NCBI GenBank assembly: GCA_040954595.2
Contig: CM082583.2
Location: 13,426,291 to 13,490,290 of the forward strand
Source: Balanoglossus misakiensis
Taxonomy: Eukaryota > Animalia > Hemichordata
DNA: 64,000 bases
Reading direction: 5' to 3'
Both the position numbers and the translations under genes were made by a program. This document shows, one piece after another, positions 38,501 to 53,500 of this stretch. Within the stretch, counting starts at the first letter, position 1. Every line of letters starts with the position of its first letter. The notes under the pieces were generated by a model that was given only the letters and a program-made list of their open reading frames with translations, did not search any database and was not told the origin of the DNA.

Positions 38501-41500
38501 ACTTATTTTACTCTCTCTGTTTTACATACAATGGAATTTTCTTGTTTCTCTCTACATTGTTACACGACCATCTCCCCAAGCTCATACAAAGTCAGACTTT
38601 GGACAATTGATCTTGACACATTGATATTTAGAAGTAGATTAGCCAGGACACCAGATTACCCTTGATACGACCATCAGAAGCTGGGGAAATCAGATTGGTT
38701 TAATTTGGTTTGCTCCCAATTTTCCCAGGGAATTTACTAGTTGCTGTTTTACTGGTGAGGTGTTGGCCATCCTGGGATTAGGACGCTGACATGTCCGATG
38801 GGAGTCTGTGTGGGAGACAAGAGGAGCCATCTTTGTGACATCTTTCAGCCCCAATTAACCTCTAAAATTCACTGTCAATTTTCACTACAGCAGTGGAATG
38901 AAGAGTTTTTCCAAGCTTTTAATTTGCCTGAAGTTTGTTGAAGAATGAAATGCTGTGTAATTGAGAGGTTTCTCCTTAGAGGCCAGCGAATTAAAACCAA
39001 TGTTTTGAAAGTTCAATTTACACGCGAGTCAAGTATAGCTAATACCTCAGGAAATCTATCAAGGAATAGTATCCATCCACCAAATTTTATTTTCCTAACT
39101 AAATGTTGCAGTTTTAGAGGCTCCTTTTGAAACATATTCATTAGTTTCAGTTTTATTGCTCCAATCATACATATTGAAATATATATCATACACCAACAAT
39201 ACTGAATTTTGGCCATGTTTTGGTCACATATGAAGAATGGCAGTAAATGACACATGTGAGGATTAGTGGCAAACTTCGAAAAAGAAAAAATGGGGATCAC
39301 AATGTTGAACTTCACTGTATTGTATGATTTTACTCACTTAACCCTAGTTACCTGCTCTGCTCAAAGCATTGATTTATATCTGTGTTTCGGAACACAGCTT
39401 AATTGATGTGTTTGGTCATTGCTAATCCAGATTGCAGACATATGTTGTTCAGTTTTACAGCACAAACCCATTGACAATGGCTGTTGTAAGGTTAAGCTGA
39501 GATGAAGTTTCCGTTGATGTGAGAAAATGGAGTTTTTTGTCATGTTTTCCAATGACACTATTCACTCTGCACAGAATCAATGGTGCATTAAACACTTATA
39601 AAAGACATATTGTTTGGAAGTACACACTCAACTTTGTGCCTACTTCAAATCTCATGCATCTGAATAAGCTAAACAAGTGTTAGGTTTCATGAGTTTTTGC
39701 CGTAATTCTGTCTTGTTTTTGTCTTCCAGGTGCTATCACAGCAACAACAAGAACTCAATGACTTTGTTGCCAGGTGGGTTTTTTTCCTCTATCGGTACAG
39801 AATTCTGAAAATAAGCTGAAAAGAATAATCCTTTCCAAACTGTTCTTTCCAGAACAGGGACCAAACAACTTTGATTCTCTCCCTTTTAATGAAATTTTTA
39901 TGAAATTATTTTGCTGTAGTATTAAAAATGGGTTAAAATAGAAAGCTGATAAGAAAACATTTTTACCCTGATTAGTGGATCTTAAAATTTCAAAACTTTC
40001 CTTAAAATATCCACAGCAGTTTGTGTTTTTGAGGCAGCTATGGCTTTGCATTCAGATGTATAGGCTAAGTAACCTGATATGCATTGACCAGGTTTACTCC
40101 ACACTCTTCAGTCAGCCATGCTTGGCCAACAGATTTTCTGACGGTTAATTAAAATTGGTTGACGGATTCATGCACATAAAAAAACATGGGACAATATTTT
40201 AAGAGGCACTGCGTCAGTTTAATTTACATCGGCCCCAAATTCAGAGAGAAAGTCAGAAAGTCGTTTCTATTGTGCAAATTTAATTTGAAGACAAATTTGT
40301 GAGTGAAGCAGTTTTGCTCGGGGGCACTATTTTACTGATTAGCAGCTCACTGTTAAAAGCTCCGTTTATGAGTTAAACTCTTACTTTTTTCCACTCTCTG
40401 ATAAAATAATTTATATGATAATAAAATTCAAATGCACAATCCAAATTGTGCCTCAGGATACAGCCTGGTCCCATGCTTCATGTTTAAAATTGGTGTAATT
40501 TTAGGAAAGCTGTTATCGCGATGGTGTCTCAGAGACTCAGGACAAATGACACTTGGTTAAGTCAGAATGTAAACTCTGCATGTGTATGCCTTCAAAACAA
40601 TTGAAGTCAATTAGAGTTCAACTTTCCACCAAACTCATTCTGTATTTATGAAAATGATATCCTGAAATGATAAAAAAACATTTAAAGATGATTTAATTAA
40701 AAGAGTAGCTCAACAGATGAAAATGTTGACTACATGTGTCTTTCTGTCTTTTCCATCCGTTATGTGAATTGCATTACATCATTGTACAAAGTGCCACCGT
40801 ATACAGCACTGACTACATTTACTGCAACTACTGTGTCAAGATGAATTCCACCACACCACAAATCAGATCGCACATAAAAAATCATGACATGAAAAGCCAG
40901 TTGTTTCTGAGCCATTACAACACATATTCAGACATCTAAAGATTAAAACACGGTTCAGCTGTCAGCAGTTACCATGGACATTTTTCAAACTGTTGTCCAA
41001 ACTAAATACACTGACGGCTAGAAAATTAAATTGCAGTAGTTTCCCTATAACCAGTGCATATAATATTTTGATGTATGTTTTTCAATCAGCCGATGACTGT
41101 TTAGAGAAATGTAACCAGACATGTTCTTATTTAAGGACTTTCAACTATGAAATACGAATATGAGATGTAAATCATGAAGTTTATATCAATATAAAAAGTA
41201 TGAATTATTGCAATCATAGCTCTTTAACATACAGTAGTGCCTGTTTAGCTTGTCAGTGCTAAATTTCAAGACAAATGACATCACACATCGTTGATACCAC
41301 ATGATATGAAAGATATCACCAGCTTATATAACTTTGTCGAATCTTTATCTCTTCCAGAAAAATTGCTCTTGATGGTGAGAAAGATGTCCTTGAGAAAGAA
41401 AACAGAGAGCTTCGTAGAAAAAGCAAATCATTGGAGGAATTGGTAAGCAAACCAATAAACACACTGCTGTGCTGTGGGCTTTGGGGGCAGTTTCCATGAA

Positions 41501-44500
41501 AATTGCAAACTTTATGACTTGCATGGATCAATCTCACCATTACAAGTTTATTACCTCAGTTTGGCTATGTGCATATGGCAGGATTCCCATGGTAGATGTT
41601 TCTTCCAACTTGGCCTTGGTGGGCGTGTCTGATGTCCATGTATTGACTTATAATCAGTTGTTACCAAAGTCTTACATATAGTCATTTCAATAATAAAACA
41701 TATGGCTGTAGATATAAAGTTCAGTTGAAGACATGTTGAGCCTTTTTGACGTCATAAAGTTTGATGAAAAACAGAACTTTTTAATCTGCTTTTAGCACTG
41801 TCTTTTAATATTGATATGCTTGTCCATGACATGTCACCAGAATTTTCTCATGAGTATCGTAAAGTACAAATAATGACAGGACACAAGAGCAAAAGTAAAG
41901 AGCTTTTTGGGAAATATTTCTGGCAATAAAAGGAATCCTGGTATACCTTTGAGATTATGTAGAAGTTATACCTTGTGAAGATGATTGCATTAGAAAATCA
42001 CCCTCAGAAGAGTTCTCTGACCCAGATTGTGTTGGTACATGACCCATAGCATGTCAGCATCACAAAGCTCATAAAAAACATGACAGTAGATTGCCTTGTC
42101 ATGTACTAGCCGTGCTGATGATGTGTATTGGGCAGACACATTAAGCGATCAGTCATTTTGCCTGGGCGTCACATTGTTGTCGTAACGACTGTGATCTGCC
42201 TGGTGCCACGCTTCATCAGTTGGCCCCGGGGACTCATAGCAAGATCGGCAAAATCACTTCCACGTTGTCACATTTCTCATGGTCTTATCTCCTCTTCTGC
42301 ATGATCCGGTCGTTCAGCTGGAGTCCAGGGAATCAAGATTGAAAACCAACGAGGAATTGAATCGTCAGGTGATTGATAACTTGGATCGTGATAAGCAAGG
42401 TGTGTAGTCAGAGAAATGCAGAGATAAAAGTACAATCTATTCAGATTTATTCCCTGTGTGAAGACCACTCCATCATTTCCCAAAATGAATGCCTTGTTTT
42501 CATTTTACAGTTGCATTGTTCTACTTTTCAAAAAACATGTATATGATTACATTTTATGCAGATCTGACTAAACGTGTTACAGAGCATTTGATTGAAGCTG
42601 ATAAAGCCAAAGAAGAACTGGCCAAACTAAGATTAGCCAATGACAAATTGGATAACACAGTTAAGGTGAATATATAATAAGTAATGAGATGTGATTTTAA
42701 AACACTGCACACTGATTTGGGTTTTCACAACCGAAACTCATCATGTCAATATTTGTCACATAGCATGTGAAAAGACAAAACAAAAACAAAGAATAGTGAA
42801 ATGAATGCTTCCATGCAAGAGTGACTATGCCAAATTTAATCAGCTTTCTATTAAGAAAATGACATTTTCAAGTTTTTATTGTCTACAAAGATTTTAGAAG
42901 ATGACTTACATGATAGAAGACAGCGTTTTGATGCAATATCTAAAGAGGTTGGTCTAGTTTTCTACATTCTTTTATTACTCTCGACATTTTTGCATGATTT
43001 TCATTTTTCTTCCAGTCATTCCTCTTTCTTCCATAACTTTCTTATTCCTAGTGATATCCCTCCTTACCTGCCAGTTTGATTTGTCACTAAAAGGAAAACA
43101 CTCATCTTCAGTTGCATCACACTCATTTTGAAATGCGGTGTTGAAATCAGAAGTCTACCATGGTTTTGTTTCTCTCATAGCATGAAGAAGTATTGGCGCG
43201 ATTTCAGGAACAAGAACGTCAAACCATGAAACAGGAAACAGAGGTCGATAACAGGGAAAGAGCATTGAACAGGTTAAGGTGAGAAAGTGACCATGTGAGT
43301 TGTAGGCTAGAACTGTGACTGTGAGGTGGGTCAGGCAGTAATGAGTGGAATAAGGGCAGTCATCTGTGCAGTGGGGCATTGACACAGTGGAATGGGATAG
43401 TGAGCATGCACTGTATGTGGATGTAGAGTGAGGCACAGACAGTAAGAAGCAGGATGATATGACAATTTGACGAACGGTTGAACTGTGTCTGTATTGAGTC
43501 AAGAAACATGACTGTGGTGGAAGGATGAGTGGCAGCATTGGGTGAAAAAGTGACAGTAAATTGTGGAGAGGAGTTTTAATTGGACGGGGCCAGTACGTGT
43601 CAATGATGAGGTATGGGAGAGATGTACCCTGCAGGGATGGTGCAATCATAGTATAACTGGAGATTGGGGTGAAATAATGATGGTGTGAATGTGGGTGAAA
43701 TGGATGTAGGATTGGTCACATAGATGCTGGATGAAATCCTGTTGGGTGAAGGTGGATGCTGAGGTATCGGGTAGAATTGAGCAATTGCATTATGGGATGG
43801 GAAGGTGACAGTGAAGACTATGAGAAATTGCAGGATATAATATGTAGCAGCCATTATGGGTGTTGCAGGAGAATTGTACTTTGTTACCAGCAGTTTTAAT
43901 TTTAACATTTAGGCAGTTTTCATTTCAATGATAATTTCCACACATTAAAGAACTTAACTCACCTATGAAACATTGGTGAAATGTTTCTATAGATTCCGAA
44001 ATATCTATAAATTTGCTACAAATTTGTTGATTGTAACTTTTATGTAACTTCCATGTTTATCCTAACTTAATTCACTGCAAAAAAATAGATTAAGAGGAAA
44101 GGACTTTCTTTCCTTGTGAATTCTCTGAAACTGTAGAGAGAAACTAACATGTGATGGGTCTGTAAGTTAGTAGCTTGCAGGTTTTACATTTCAACTTACT
44201 GCATATCACGTCAGATGAACAGGACATAGTAAAGAGACAGACAGAGGAAAACCGATTAAGAAGTGAACGAGAAACTGCTGAAAGGAAAATGATACATTCG
44301 ATATAGCTGAGAGCGGCTCACTAAAAGACTTTGAGTTGACATTTTCACTTCAATTCCCACTTTAAAATGCTGTAATACACTTTAAAAGTTGTGTCACTTT
44401 TGCCTGTAGCATCGGTATTCTATATCACTGCATCAGCTGCTGTTTACGGCAAAGCGGTCATATTCAGTGTAGGCGGGTGCAGCTGTAGGCTGCCATCTTT

Positions 44501-47500
44501 GAGAACCCCCAACATATTATGCAAATAGCCAATCAAGTATGCAAGTTGCTCACAAACAGCCTAGCACTTAGCGAGCAGCTTAGAGCTAGAATTAGACAGT
44601 GAGCATGATTTGACTTGGTGGGTAGCTAGCGGATGGCCTACAGGCTTAAATAAGGATTAAGTTTGGATTTTAACTTAAGTAAATGGTTCCAATTGTGTAA
44701 AGGGGAGTGCATTCCATGTAGACAACTTGCCCATGGCTTGTGATTCTATCTCGCATCAGGTGTTGATGGGGAAATCTAATTTACACCTTCAAAGTACACT
44801 GAGTATACACAGTCTAAAGAATGTCTTGTACCTCTCTGGTTTGATCTGATCTCAAAACTTAAAATTACCGAACAAAAAGTTCCCTTTGCTATCAGTAACT
44901 TCCGTTCTTTCTTCCTTTCTATGTCAGATTTAGAAAACGTAATATGAGCTATCATGAGAAAATAAAATAACTAAACCAAAATAATGTCAAAAGTGAGAGA
45001 CTTTGCCCCTTTGAACAGTGTTAAATAATACAACAAACTGAATAATTTCTTATATAAGGTACATGGCATTGTATGATCTTACACAACAACTGTTGATATC
45101 AGTTCAGGTTAAAATACAAGTGCTTTTTTTCTTCAAATTTGTTTTCACAGGAAAGATTTATCAGAGATGAGAAGCCTACACAGTCAATGTGCTGGGCATG
45201 CAGCACAACAGACTGATTTGATAAGACAATTGCAGTCTCTTCAATTTGACACACAACAAGGTAAATAGCATCATCTTTTTAACTTTCTTAGTAAGTGTTG
45301 CTTTGGTTGCTGTGAAACTTTAACTTTTATGAAATCTTACATTTCTGTCTATTTTATATTTTTAAGCAAAATGTTTGAGATTTTACAACAATGTGACCAT
45401 GATTATTTTTTTTTATGACAGTCATGAAAAATCAGGAAGAAGCCCACACAATGGAAGCATCATCACTTCAAGCTGTAAGTTTCTTGTTACATTTGTTTCA
45501 AGACAAGTGGATCAATTCTACTCCTTTGCTGCACTTGTATGTTTTTCTGATGAACCACTTCTTTGAGATTCAGATCAAGTTTCAGTCAAGCTTTGAACTT
45601 GTATGTATATATCTCACATTGAGGTTGAAATTCAGTGGTTACTTGAACCACACAGAGTCGGTCCAACAAGTGCATGGTGTTTGGTCAAGTAATTTTGTTT
45701 TCCTTTTTATATGGGACTTGGTTTGAAACTTTTTATCTCAAAACACTTTCTTGTTTGCAGATGTATGCAGACCTGAACTCCAGATACCAAATTATCAAAC
45801 AAGCTTTGGAAAAGGCAGAGAGGGTGATGACTAGTATGCCAGAAAAATCAACAGGATTACAAGTGAACTTGGCACCATGGGATGCAGTAAGTCATGTGAC
45901 ATTACCATATAAGGCATCAAAGCTTTGATGGGTGTCTCTGACATCACAGCAAACAACATAATCAATGTCTTATATCTTAGCATACCATACAATGAATGGA
46001 TGTGGAATGATGCATTGTCAAATGTCTCATTTCTTCGCTGTAATGTCAAGAAATCAACGTCAACTCATGTTAATGTCACTCTATGCATTATCCAGAATGT
46101 TTAGTCGAGTCTCATCTCCAGACACGAAAGCCAAGGTCAAGTTCTTCAATGTGCCTAAAGGGCTGCAGTGCAGTAACACTTTATTACAAGAGAAACACTC
46201 TGTTTTAAAAATCCTTTAATAAAATTCTTGTCCATCCTTGCAGCTAGCAAATTGAGCAGGGTTTGTTGACATCTAATTGTATCAGAAGGTCCCACACCTC
46301 TATGACTAGCCCTATGACATGTTTTTTTTGTAGGAGATACAGGCATGTGAGAGTTGTATTATCAGCGAGTGCAAGATTTCAAGCTTACAGACAGAAATTG
46401 ATCTCCTTAAAGATAGACTCAAAGAAAAATCAAGGTACAGTAAAAGTTTGTAGTCATATTTAGTATTTGTACCATAAGCTGTGAATGCAATACTTGACTC
46501 ATAGCAATATGTAGTAGAATCGATCTATCATTTTTGCAAACATTTAAATAATTTAGCAATAAAACACCCCCAGGGGAAGATATACCACAAGAATTTGACC
46601 AGTTCATGACATATATGCACAAGCCTCAGTGAGTGAGTACACAGAGTTGAACTGGTATGCCATCTCTGGGGGTGTTTTATTGCTATTACATTATGCCAGT
46701 ACATGTATATTGATTATTTATTCAACCATTGAAAACACAGAGCCATATTCACAAATGATTGTTTTTAACCTTCTAGATTGATTTATACTCTGGATAAAGA
46801 AGGAGGTGAAAAAGAACAAGACACTTCAGCTGCAGTCAGTAAACAAGTAATGAAAACCCTCTTATGTGACTTAGGATCTCCAATCAACTATTTGTTTCAA
46901 AAATGTACAAATGTAAATGTATTGTTGATGTAAACTACAGTGTAGTGGACCCTGGCGACTGCCGCCATGGGGCAAAAAAGAGAAATGCAGCTGTAATAGA
47001 AAGTTCAAAAAGATCTGTTTAGGAAAGCTTACAGTGTGGAAAAAATCTACATCAGATGTTTAAATGATGGTTTAATCACGGTCCCTTCGCACAACTGTGG
47101 TTTAATTTTGACAGATTATTGTGTTTTATGCTTGTAGGTCTTTTGAAGTGTTTGCACCTGTGTTCTATGCCCTTAACAACCAAAGTTTGACTATTTAACA
47201 CAATTTTGGCAAATGTACCCGAACACTATCCATTTATGAAGTCATCATCATTAGTTTAAGCACACTGAGTGGTGTGTACCAAATTGCCCTGAATTCTTGT
47301 TTGATGGCAGAACAGGAAGAGCAGGTGTTCAAACTGTTTGTGCCCAAGGGCATGATGGGAGAGTGATAGGTCAGAGGTCACTTGCGTATCCATTTCAGTC
47401 AGCCTGATAATAAGTGTGGTGTTGTTAACAGGAGATTTTGCGACAATCACCAGTCCACATTCTGCAAATGAATTGTAAAAAAAAAAGATATTTCATTTGG

Positions 47501-50500
47501 CATAATACAGCATCACACTGATATGAAAAAAATAATGATTCCCCATGTAAGGCTAACCCTGCAGTTCTTCAGCTGCTGGTTTTTCATTGTTCCATTGAAA
47601 AAGTGTGGAAGATATCAAACACAAAAATACAGTAGACCAAATGTCTCATTGTGCGTTTACGTGAATTACTAAAAATTTCTTCGTTTTCGTCATGTGTAGG
47701 TGGTCAGAGATACCCGTAGCAGTCAGCGATCAGAGCAAACATGCAGTGCAAGATCAAGGTCAATGTCACCAATTAGATCACCCTTGCATACAAGCAGTCC
47801 TAAACACAGAGGAAGGAAATCTATTGGTATGAGCACCGACAAAAAGGTGCAGAATCTGGAAAGAGCCCTGGCACTCAAGGTCATTATAACATCATTTGTA
47901 TATTATTTTATAATGTAATGAACTGTATGTGTCAATGTGAATGTTTAAAACTTAACTGAATAGCTTAATGTTTGCTTGAAAGTCACATGAAAATTCAAGG
48001 CACTTGTGATTGTCAGTGCTTTTTAATTTGTGAAGTATAAAATGTGTGAAGACTTTAAAATGATAATACCTTGATTTTGTCTTGTCTTGGTTTGTTTTGT
48101 TTTTCTTGTACAGCATGAAGAGTGCAATGAAATCCAGGCTGCACATGACAGAAGACTTGACAGATTACGAACACTTCAACAAAACTATAACATCTTGAAA
48201 GAACAAATCAAAACTTATGAAGATGAGCAAAGGTAAAACTAGTACATTGTGCTTTCACTTTGCTGTCCAGATGTAAAAATTGCTGTCTCCATCAGTGACC
48301 AATGTTCTGTTCCTCTGAAGTGAGGAGTTACTAGCTGCAAATTCTGTTTTGTAACCTCACTTTTGAAAATCATAATTCTTAATATATTAACAGACTGTAT
48401 GCACAGTCTCTGTCTTGTGCTAACTGAACATGTGTCTACTTCTACTAGTTCAAAACCCAATAGCGCCTTTCTCTAGCTCGTTCTCGTTGTTGTGGAACCC
48501 AGTGTTATATTGATTTGTTTGTTTTTGTAGTGGCAAGAAGAAACGTCACAAAATGCGTCGTTCTGATCCTCGTACACTTCAACAGGAAGATAGTGACACG
48601 GTCTGGAATGAACTGGCCTATTTCAAGGGTCAAAATCGAAATCTACTGATGGACAGGTCAGTAAATAATAAATTAATATAAAGGTCCGAGGAACATAGTA
48701 TTGAAAAAAGGTAATCTCAATATATGTACATTTCATTCCCATGTCAACGAAAGTACCGGTAAGTGTATTTTAATACTTGATGAGGATGTCATGTCTGTTT
48801 TTATTTCCAAAGAATGAATCTCCAAGAAGAACTAGATCTTCTGAAAGTACAGACTGCATCAGATGCTACACATGTGGAAGAATTGACAAGATGTCTACAA
48901 CAAGAGAAGGAACAACTCCAAGTTCAGTTAGTTGAAGCTGAGAACCATCGAAAAGTGAGGGATTCTGAAAAAAGGCAAATAACAGAACTCAAAAAACAGG
49001 TGTGTGTGGAAATAATATAGAAAAATAGTCTGACTTTGGTAAATTAGTAAAATTCAAAATCCAGTTTTTAATACACAGCTACAACTCATTTCTGTGTGTA
49101 TTTCATTTCAGATCAAGTCACTTGAAAACTTACTGGAATCACTGGAAAAAGAAAACGAAACATTAATGGATGAACGGGATAATATCATCAAAGAGAAAAG
49201 GTCAGTTACCGTGGTAATAATTTTAAAAACTTGCTCAAAGATCATCAGTAAATGCCAAGCAACTTGTGGCAAAGTCTATTGTTATGGTGCAGTGATAGTT
49301 TTTGGAAATTTGTACCACTTGAATGAGTCTGCATTCTTCTGTTATTTTGTCAGAACATTAAAGTCCGATTATGGAAATCTGAAGACAGACATCAGTGAAA
49401 GAGATGCAGAGTTACATCATTATAAAAAAGAAAATCATCATTTGAAAAAGAAATTACGACACAAGAAACATTCAAGAAGTCGAAGAAAACAGAACAGCCT
49501 TAAAGATGTAAATATTATTGATGTCTGTGCTTTTCAATTTGCTGTGTGATGCATGTATATAAATTCCTGAAACAGCAACATTTTATAATCAAACAAAATT
49601 ATGCTGCTTTGTAATATAAATCAGGAAATGAGTGTGACTTCACTCACAGTGATACTATAACTCTGAATACTTGTTTATTACAGCACCAACGAGCTCTGAA
49701 CAAATCCATCGAACAGATGAGTGTCATTTTTTCTGATTTTGATAATGATGGCTGGGAAGAAGTCAGCAGTGAAAGGTGAAGTCCATCCTCTTTTCACATC
49801 TCAGAAATCATGCATTAACCCAAGAAAATCTTTCAAATTTCAACTTCTGTTTATTTTCAATAATTTGAGAATCAAAGAATGACACTGTGTAACATTGATA
49901 CTGCAGTGGTGGTGAGACAGGTGAAAGTCTGGGATGTCAGATCGTACATTCAGCAAGAAAACGAAGGCAGCTAAGAGAGGGCAAAGCAAAGAGACAGAAA
50001 CAGGAAGGTCACACCACACCAACACAGATCAAGCCTACAACCAGACAGGTGAGATCTCATTGGGTCTATGTTCTACATGCAGTACTTAAACTAATTCTAA
50101 AACTAGAGATAACTAGAACATAGACTTAAATCGCCATGGTCAGTTTTGTGACAGCATCTGTTACAACAACAGTCACTTTATATTCCAGAGGCTTTTTCCA
50201 ACTCAAAATGTTCCTTCTCTACTTGCATTATGACAGATGGCATCAGTTCAGAGCCACATCAAGCGTCTTGCAAGAGCATATGATGAAGAACCCATACAGA
50301 GAAGTGGGCAGAATAACATAGCCATACAAACTGATGATGGTAAGATACTATAGCATAGCTGCTGGAAAGTCTTGGGTTTTCAATAGAATGAGAGCAGTGA
50401 CTCTGTAGAATTGACAAAACTAAAACCAATCAACCTGAATTGATTCAGTCTAACTCCAACCATGTGAAATTCACTTTTCAGAGGTGCAAGTCGTGCGATC

Positions 50501-53500
50501 ACCAAGACGTTTTGTTGATACAGGTGTGGGTGAATATAGCGTGGATGAAGTCTCTGATAACAGTGTGGATACAACATCAAGAGGTGAGATGCATTTTGAT
50601 TTTGACCCAAAGCGGTTAAAGTAGAAATTGTGTTCTGATGGGCTGACCTCATTAATTGTTTTTAAAATGTTGTTCACATGTTCATTATTCCCCGAAGTTC
50701 CTCAGCTGAATGATCATATTATGATCAAAGGTGTACAGCCATTTATGAGCTATTGCCACATCTGCCAAAATTGAATAACACCACACATAGAACTTCACAG
50801 ATCACATGATAACACATTTGAACTTCACAATTTTTGTAATATCTCCACAGTCAAACGACGAGACATTGCTACTTCACCACATATGGGACTTCACAAACTC
50901 AGTAAAGTGCAGGGTAAAATTCACAACAGATCTGAAATTGCCAACGTCAGCAGTTTGAAACAAAGACTTGCATCACTTCAGCAACAGGTGAGGTGCCAAA
51001 CTGTTTATGTTGACAGTTGATACTTGCTTGATTTTCACAACCAATCAATCAGATGTTGAACATGTATCTCTTGGTAATAACCTGTCCTTCCAAATACATT
51101 GTTGTTGCTATAGCAGATACTGTTCTTTTTTTCGGTTACATTGTACATGCACTAAACTCTGGCCAAGTCAATGAAGTATTATTGAACCCTCAGAGGGCAG
51201 TATTAACACACATGTACTGCGCAGATTATAACTGGTGTAACCTGACCGGACTCCCTCTCTCTCTCTCTTCGTTTCAGGTGACAGTTCTGAGAGATTCCAA
51301 GACCGCCATTCAGAAGACACTAAATGATGAACGTGAGAGTAAAGAACAGTTACAGTCAGACTTCACTCTTTGCAGTCAGAGATTGAAAATATCCAAACAG
51401 ACCATCCAGGTACAATATTCAGCAAAACCAGACATTTGCAGAGGGCACCAATGAGATACCAACCCCTTTCAATTGCCTTTACCATGTACCTGACCCTGTG
51501 AATTGCCTTTATCATAATCATGTTTCTGACTCCCTGGGAAAACACAGTGTGTGTTTTTGTGGATTGATGATAGAATATAAAATTTAATGTTTTGAGACAT
51601 CAAGGGTTTATTCACAAACCTCAAACAAAATTGTGCACAACACTTGATGTTGGTGCACATGGATTAGTCTTCTAGAATAAGTCTTATATTAACCAAAACT
51701 CTTTTATAAATACACAGAAACTGACACAAGAGTTGGAGAACTGTCAGACAATGAAGGAATCCTTAGAGCGCCAGCTTGAGACCAAAATACAAGCATTAGA
51801 AGGAGCAGAGGTCATGTATGGCAAGCTGCCAAATACAAGTAATGTAACAACTAACAAACATACAGACACAGAATGGAAACAACTTGAAAGTCGACTCAAA
51901 GTAAGAAATGTTGTTTTGTCTAAATTAAAATTTACAAAAATACCAGAAGTAAATTTCAATTTTGTGGGTGAAAGTATTGCAAATTAATGATGCATTTTGA
52001 TAGTTAATGTTTTGGCAAATATATGTCCCCACTTATTAGTCATCTTACAGATAGGGAACTGTTAAGATTTAAAGGTAATTTCACTGAAAGACGGGGATGA
52101 GTGTCATGATTTTGTCTACTTTAAATATTTATCAAACCACTGTAGCATATTCAATTCATGACTGGTAAGAGTATTATATAGTTATCATTTTTTCTTTGTC
52201 TTCATGAACATTTAGATTTCAAGCAGTGAAGTGTCAAAACAGGCAGGTGTGATAAAAACTTTGAAAAGTGAGAATGAAAGCCAAGCTGAGCAGTTGAAGA
52301 CATTTCAAGACAAGTAAGTCACATTGATTATTGAATAGAGAGTTTGAAACTCAGTGGAATGGAATATTTTTTCAATGCCTGCATCTGAGTGAATTTAGAT
52401 TTACCTTACTGAACTGAATGACTTGGGTAAATGGATGACAGAAACAGTTACATGGATAACATGTATTCGTTCTTTGATGAATTCCATTTTTAGAATTAAC
52501 AGAGTTGAAAGGGACATCTCACAGAAGCGGTCACTAATTGAAGATTTACGGAGCAAAGCAAAATCATTGCAGGAAGAAAAGAAGGGTGACAGTGAGACCA
52601 TTGTGAGTGTAACACCTCTTTTACTCAAGAAAAACTTGTTGCACATTTTGTCCAACCTTGGCCGAGAACAAGTGTGACCTCCAAACAACATACAGTGTAA
52701 AGAAGGGGAGTAGTACTGCTTTAGTGAATTGAAAAAATAAAATACAATTCTCTCTTTATCTCTAATTTCAGAAAAGTTTGGAAGAGAAGTTAAAATCACT
52801 GACAGATGGCAGTGATCAAAAGAAATCTTACATGGAATCGTTGAAGAAACGCCTTTCAGCTTTAACCAAAGAAAAACATCAATATGAAGAACTTTATTTC
52901 AAAACTAATGCAGAATTGGAAAAGAAGGTAAGTAAGGTGGCTGAAAGCATTCTGGATGAAAACTTGACGATATTGTAAAAGAAATTTGATTTGAAGCTTC
53001 CTAACATAGTCTATCAAGACCGCCTTGGTTTCTATGTGATTCCTTTGATGTCAATATTTCACCACATAATCATTTTTGTGTCATTACTGTCCTCAGACGA
53101 AACAACTAACAGAATGTCAAACCAAGAAAACTGAAGCAGAGAACATTGCCGCAGAATTAGAAACAGCAGCAGCCCAGCAGTTGCAAGGATTGGCCAGTAG
53201 AAGTGAATCAGCTTTGGAAGCAGTTAAAAGTAAACTCAAGAAAGCTCATGTTAGAATTCAAGAACTCAATCAATTTGTAAAGGTAAGTTGTTGTGACATA
53301 AAAAAAGTTGTTGTGACATAACATCTGTTTGTCAATAGGGAGATGCAGTTTGTGTAGTGTAATGTTCTTTGACTACTGCATTAAAATTTACCTGAACCAG
53401 AGAGATGTACAGAAAATAATATTCAGTTCAGAAAGTCATGTGATGTTTTCATAGCAAGGACCTGAATTCGATCAAGAGGTGTTGTCAGCAGTAACAAAAA

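Noticed and set aside
43155-43908. Minus-strand ORFs of 164 and 102 aa as a nested gene
   Set aside because: Compositional skew suppresses stops; there is no recognisable domain or splice support.
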